Translations under genes and position numbers: made by a program | Shown: piece by piece, positions 61,371 through 64,000 of the stretch | How the letters are laid out: every line of letters begins with the position of its first letter | How positions within the stretch are numbered: the first letter of the stretch is position 1 | Notes under the pieces: model-generated | Told to the model about the DNA's origin: nothing | The model's input: only the letters and a program-made list of their open reading frames with translations | Databases searched by the model: none | NCBI RefSeq assembly: GCF_021028975.2 | Contig: NC_059428.1 | Location: forward strand, 152,892,001 to 152,956,000 | DNA length: 64,000 nucleotides | Direction of reading: 5' to 3' | DNA from: Sphaerodactylus townsendi | Taxonomy: Eukaryota

Positions 61371-61502
61371 TCATTTCCCTCGATCTTCTGTGTAGTGCTG
61401 GAAACGGGTGAAGCTCATGAAGACTTGCTCCAAGGAGATTTGGCTGACAGAATAATCCTCCACATGGTACTTCTCTTTGGCTTTCTCCAGCGCCCCAAAC
61501 AC
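61371..61502 (-). CDS. ABCA3: ABCA3 last coding exon
   Basis: cccag|VFGALEKAKEKYHVEDYSVSQISLEQVFMSFTRFQHYTEDRGK*. Confidence 0.92.
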   Translation of the reverse strand: MFGALEKAKEKYHVEDYSVSQISLEQVFMSFTRFQHYTEDRGK

Positions 61503-61983
61503 CTGGGAGTCATGCCACAAACACAAAAAAGACACCCGCCGCTCGATGAGAAGAGGAAAGAAATGCCAGTGTGAAAGACGACGATGAGAAGAGGAAACAC
61601 AGCTCTTTCTCCCTGGGCGACATTTTTTTAAAGTAAGAAAACTAAATACTCCAAGCTTTCCCGCTCTTCCCCACAGCTCAGCTCCCATTCATGTGGCTAT
61701 TATCTCCTCGGGTTATTATAAAATGTGTATGTAAAGGCTCAATGTTATTTATTTACTTATTTTAATATTAGGAAAATTTAATTATCCTGTTGTTTTAATT
61801 AGTAATTCTCCAGAGCCTGATTTAGCACAAGGCAGTTTGACCTGTCTAAGAGGCATTTCCTCGCTGGCTGGGGCCAAACCATCCGCTCCCCTGTGACATT
61901 CTACCCAAGCACAAGCCAGCAGGGGAGATACAAGGAACATACAACTGCGAGAACCTTGTTCCAGCCCGCCACCAAGCCCTTAC

Positions 61984-62057
61984 CTGTGCCCAGCTGAGGT
62001 TTTTATTGGTCAAGTGATAATGAACCATGCCTTGGTGTTCGTGCTTCAGGACGCTCC
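61984..62057 (-). CDS. ABCA3: ABCA3 penultimate exon
   Basis: ctag|(G)SVLKHEHQGMVHYHLTNKNLSWAQ|gtaagg, 74 nt. Confidence 0.92.
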
Positions 62058-62523
62058 CTAGAACAGGACGAAAAACAGACACGCTCAGTGTGCATCGGTA
62101 GCAAAGAGAAGTGAAGAAGCCATCCAAAGTTGATGCTCTATTGTAGGAATAGGTCTATGATCTGCAGCTCTGGAGCCAAATGTGGCTCAGGGCAGAAGGC
62201 AAAATGAGCTGCTTTCAATAGGAAATGCTTTTTTGTGGAGAAGGGTGCAACGGGGAGGTTCATGGCAGGCTTAGTAGGGCAGTGGGCGGCAATCCATCAA
62301 TGCCTCAGCAGGCTGGTTTGTTGTTTGGGGCAGGGGAAGCCTCCTGGGTCAGGGGGACGTAGGCAAGGATGGGATGGAACGTCATCCACTTTGTGAGTCG
62401 TGCGTGCCCATTGGCTGGGGGGTTCGTCATTGGACATTCCACCCCTTAGGCAATTATGTGTAAGGATGGTAAATTGTTTCGAGAAAATGATGCCGAGTCC
62501 AGACTTTCACAGAGGCTCACTAC

Positions 62524-62711
62524 CTGGGAAAGTTTTCTCCACAAACGTCTTGAAGGCCAGCAGGTTCTCCTCTTCATCACTTTGGGTTTTGGCCAGTAGG
62601 GTGTACCCGCTGCCAAACTTGCTCTTCAGGTGCTGAGGGCTGCCCAAACATTTGAACTGTCCATTCACCATGATGGCCAGCCGGGTGCACAAGGCCTCAC
62701 ATTCCTCCATG
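62524..62711 (-). CDS. ABCA3: ABCA3 exon (NBD2 C-terminal / regulatory region)
   Basis: cacag|(S)[36 protein letters not shown]...FVEKTFP(G)|gtagtg. Confidence 0.92.
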
Positions 62712-62779
62712 CTGTGGGGGAGAGAGAGCACGAAGGTCACAGAACGGTCACAGTCTGTTCAAAGTGCTACACAAATGCT

Positions 62780-63080
62780 AAGAAGAAGATGAAGAAGAGT
62801 TTGAATTTATGTCCCCCCTTTCTCTCCTGCTAGGAGACTCAAAGGGGCTTACAATCTCCTTTCCCTTCCCCCCACCCCAACAGCAAATACCCTGTGAGGT
62901 GGGTGGGGCTGAGAGAGCTCCAAAGAACTGTGACTAGCCCAAGGTCACCCAGCTGGCATGTGTCGGAGTGCACAAGCTAATCTGGTTCACCAGAGAAGCC
63001 TCCACAGCAAAAGTGCAGAGTAGGGAATCAAACCCGGTTCTCCAGATTAGAGTGCACCTGCTCTTAACCACTACACCACA
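62780..63080 (-). mobile_element. Squam3-type SINE
   Basis: Full-length reverse copy with GAA-repeat tail on the plus strand. Confidence 0.82.
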
Positions 63081-63815
63081 ATGGCTATACGTGTGTTAGA
63101 GGTAGCTGTGATACTTTCCACTTGTAAACACTGATATTGTTTCGTTTGGTTTTCTTTGGAAGGACAAAACGTTAGAGAGTTTTTTGCAATAGACAGCGAA
63201 GGGACAGAAATTGTGGGATGTCACAACAGCACCGAGGGTGTATGGATCTGAACTACGGATGCTTGAGGAATCCCTTCTACTGGCAACTCTGGTCTCTCTA
63301 CCTGCAGATCTACTCATGGAGGAACCACTAGTTTTCTAGGAGGTATTCTGTAAAATTGGCACGAGGCAGGAAAGCTCCTCGCCTCTGCTAATGCAGCACT
63401 TTCCATTTGCAACCCTCTGTTCATTCACAACAACCCTGAAAAGTGGATTAGTCCTAATTTACAGAAAAGGGACTGAAGTTGAGAGGCAGAAGAAGGGAGG
63501 GAGGGAGGGAGGGACAAATCTGTAAGCAGCACCTGATGAAATTGACCGCCTTTCTGGCTTGATTGAAATATTCCAAGGAAATCAGAGTGTTGTTGTGTCA
63601 GTAGCAGTTTACTTATTACATTTAGTTAGGGTGTCATTTATTCACCAAGGCCCTGGTTGTCGCTGGAGCTTCTGGGCACCGCAATCAGCACACCAGAGCT
63701 CCTCCTATTGGGCACCTGGTCTGAATTACAGGTGAATCTAAATGGGCTCACTGGTCTCACAGTCTCCCTCCTTCCGTTGCCCTCGCTTGTCCAAGGACAG
63801 GCAAGAGGTCCCCAC

Positions 63816-63986
63816 CTGTGGGACGTGATGATGATGGACTTCCCGCACTCCCGCGTCCTGGTGACTGCATCCCACAGCAGGCGCCTGGCCACGGGGTCCA
63901 TGCCTGTGGAGGGCTCGTCCAGAAAGATGACAGGTGGGCCGCCGATCAGGGCGATTCCAGTACTCAGTTTCCGCTTGTTACCGCCA
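63816..63986 (-). CDS. ABCA3: ABCA3 exon (NBD2 signature and Walker B); gene continues beyond the window
   Basis: cacag|(S)[41 protein letters not shown]...IIITSH(S)|gtgggg, 171 nt. Confidence 0.93.
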
Positions 63987-64000
63987 CTGTGGAGGGAGAA

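Noticed and set aside
63530-63580. CTGATGA...GAAA hammerhead-like strings here and near 41530 and 60500
   Set aside because: Stem I or stem II cannot be formed, or the GAAA box is broken.

Overview
Vertebrate genomic DNA, probably a gecko (Squam3-type SINEs, CR1, L2, RTE-X and Penelope repeats, squamate MITEs), syntenic with human 16p13.3. Genes reconstructed exon by exon: WFIKKN1 (+, 2 exons; end of exon 1 corrupted by clustered insertions), MRPS34 (+, 3 coding exons), METTL26 (-, 6 exons, 203 aa), tRNA-Gly(CCC) (-), MCRIP2 (+, 5 exons, 146 aa) and the last four exons of ABCA3 (-). The unusual part is the ~27 kb between WFIKKN1 and METTL26, which are direct neighbours in human. Here it is a mosaic of relocated or duplicated pieces, mostly not shown by the ORF track. 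These are an orphan signal-peptide first exon with CLEAR/YY1 motifs (possibly NAGPA), an intact MRPS34, an orphan CpG-island promoter, the last two exons of SPSB3 with a nonsense codon in the SOCS box, one RHBDL1 exon, and a second deleted copy of the SPSB3 3' region, interleaved with local low-copy repeats. Also seen: a duplicated ~180-nt element flanking METTL26 exon 5, one copy of which defines a phase-compatible 79-nt candidate alternative exon, and Penelope inserts with degenerate minimal hammerhead ribozymes. Gene names come from recalled protein sequences, not database searches. No wholly new biological system can be established from sequence alone.
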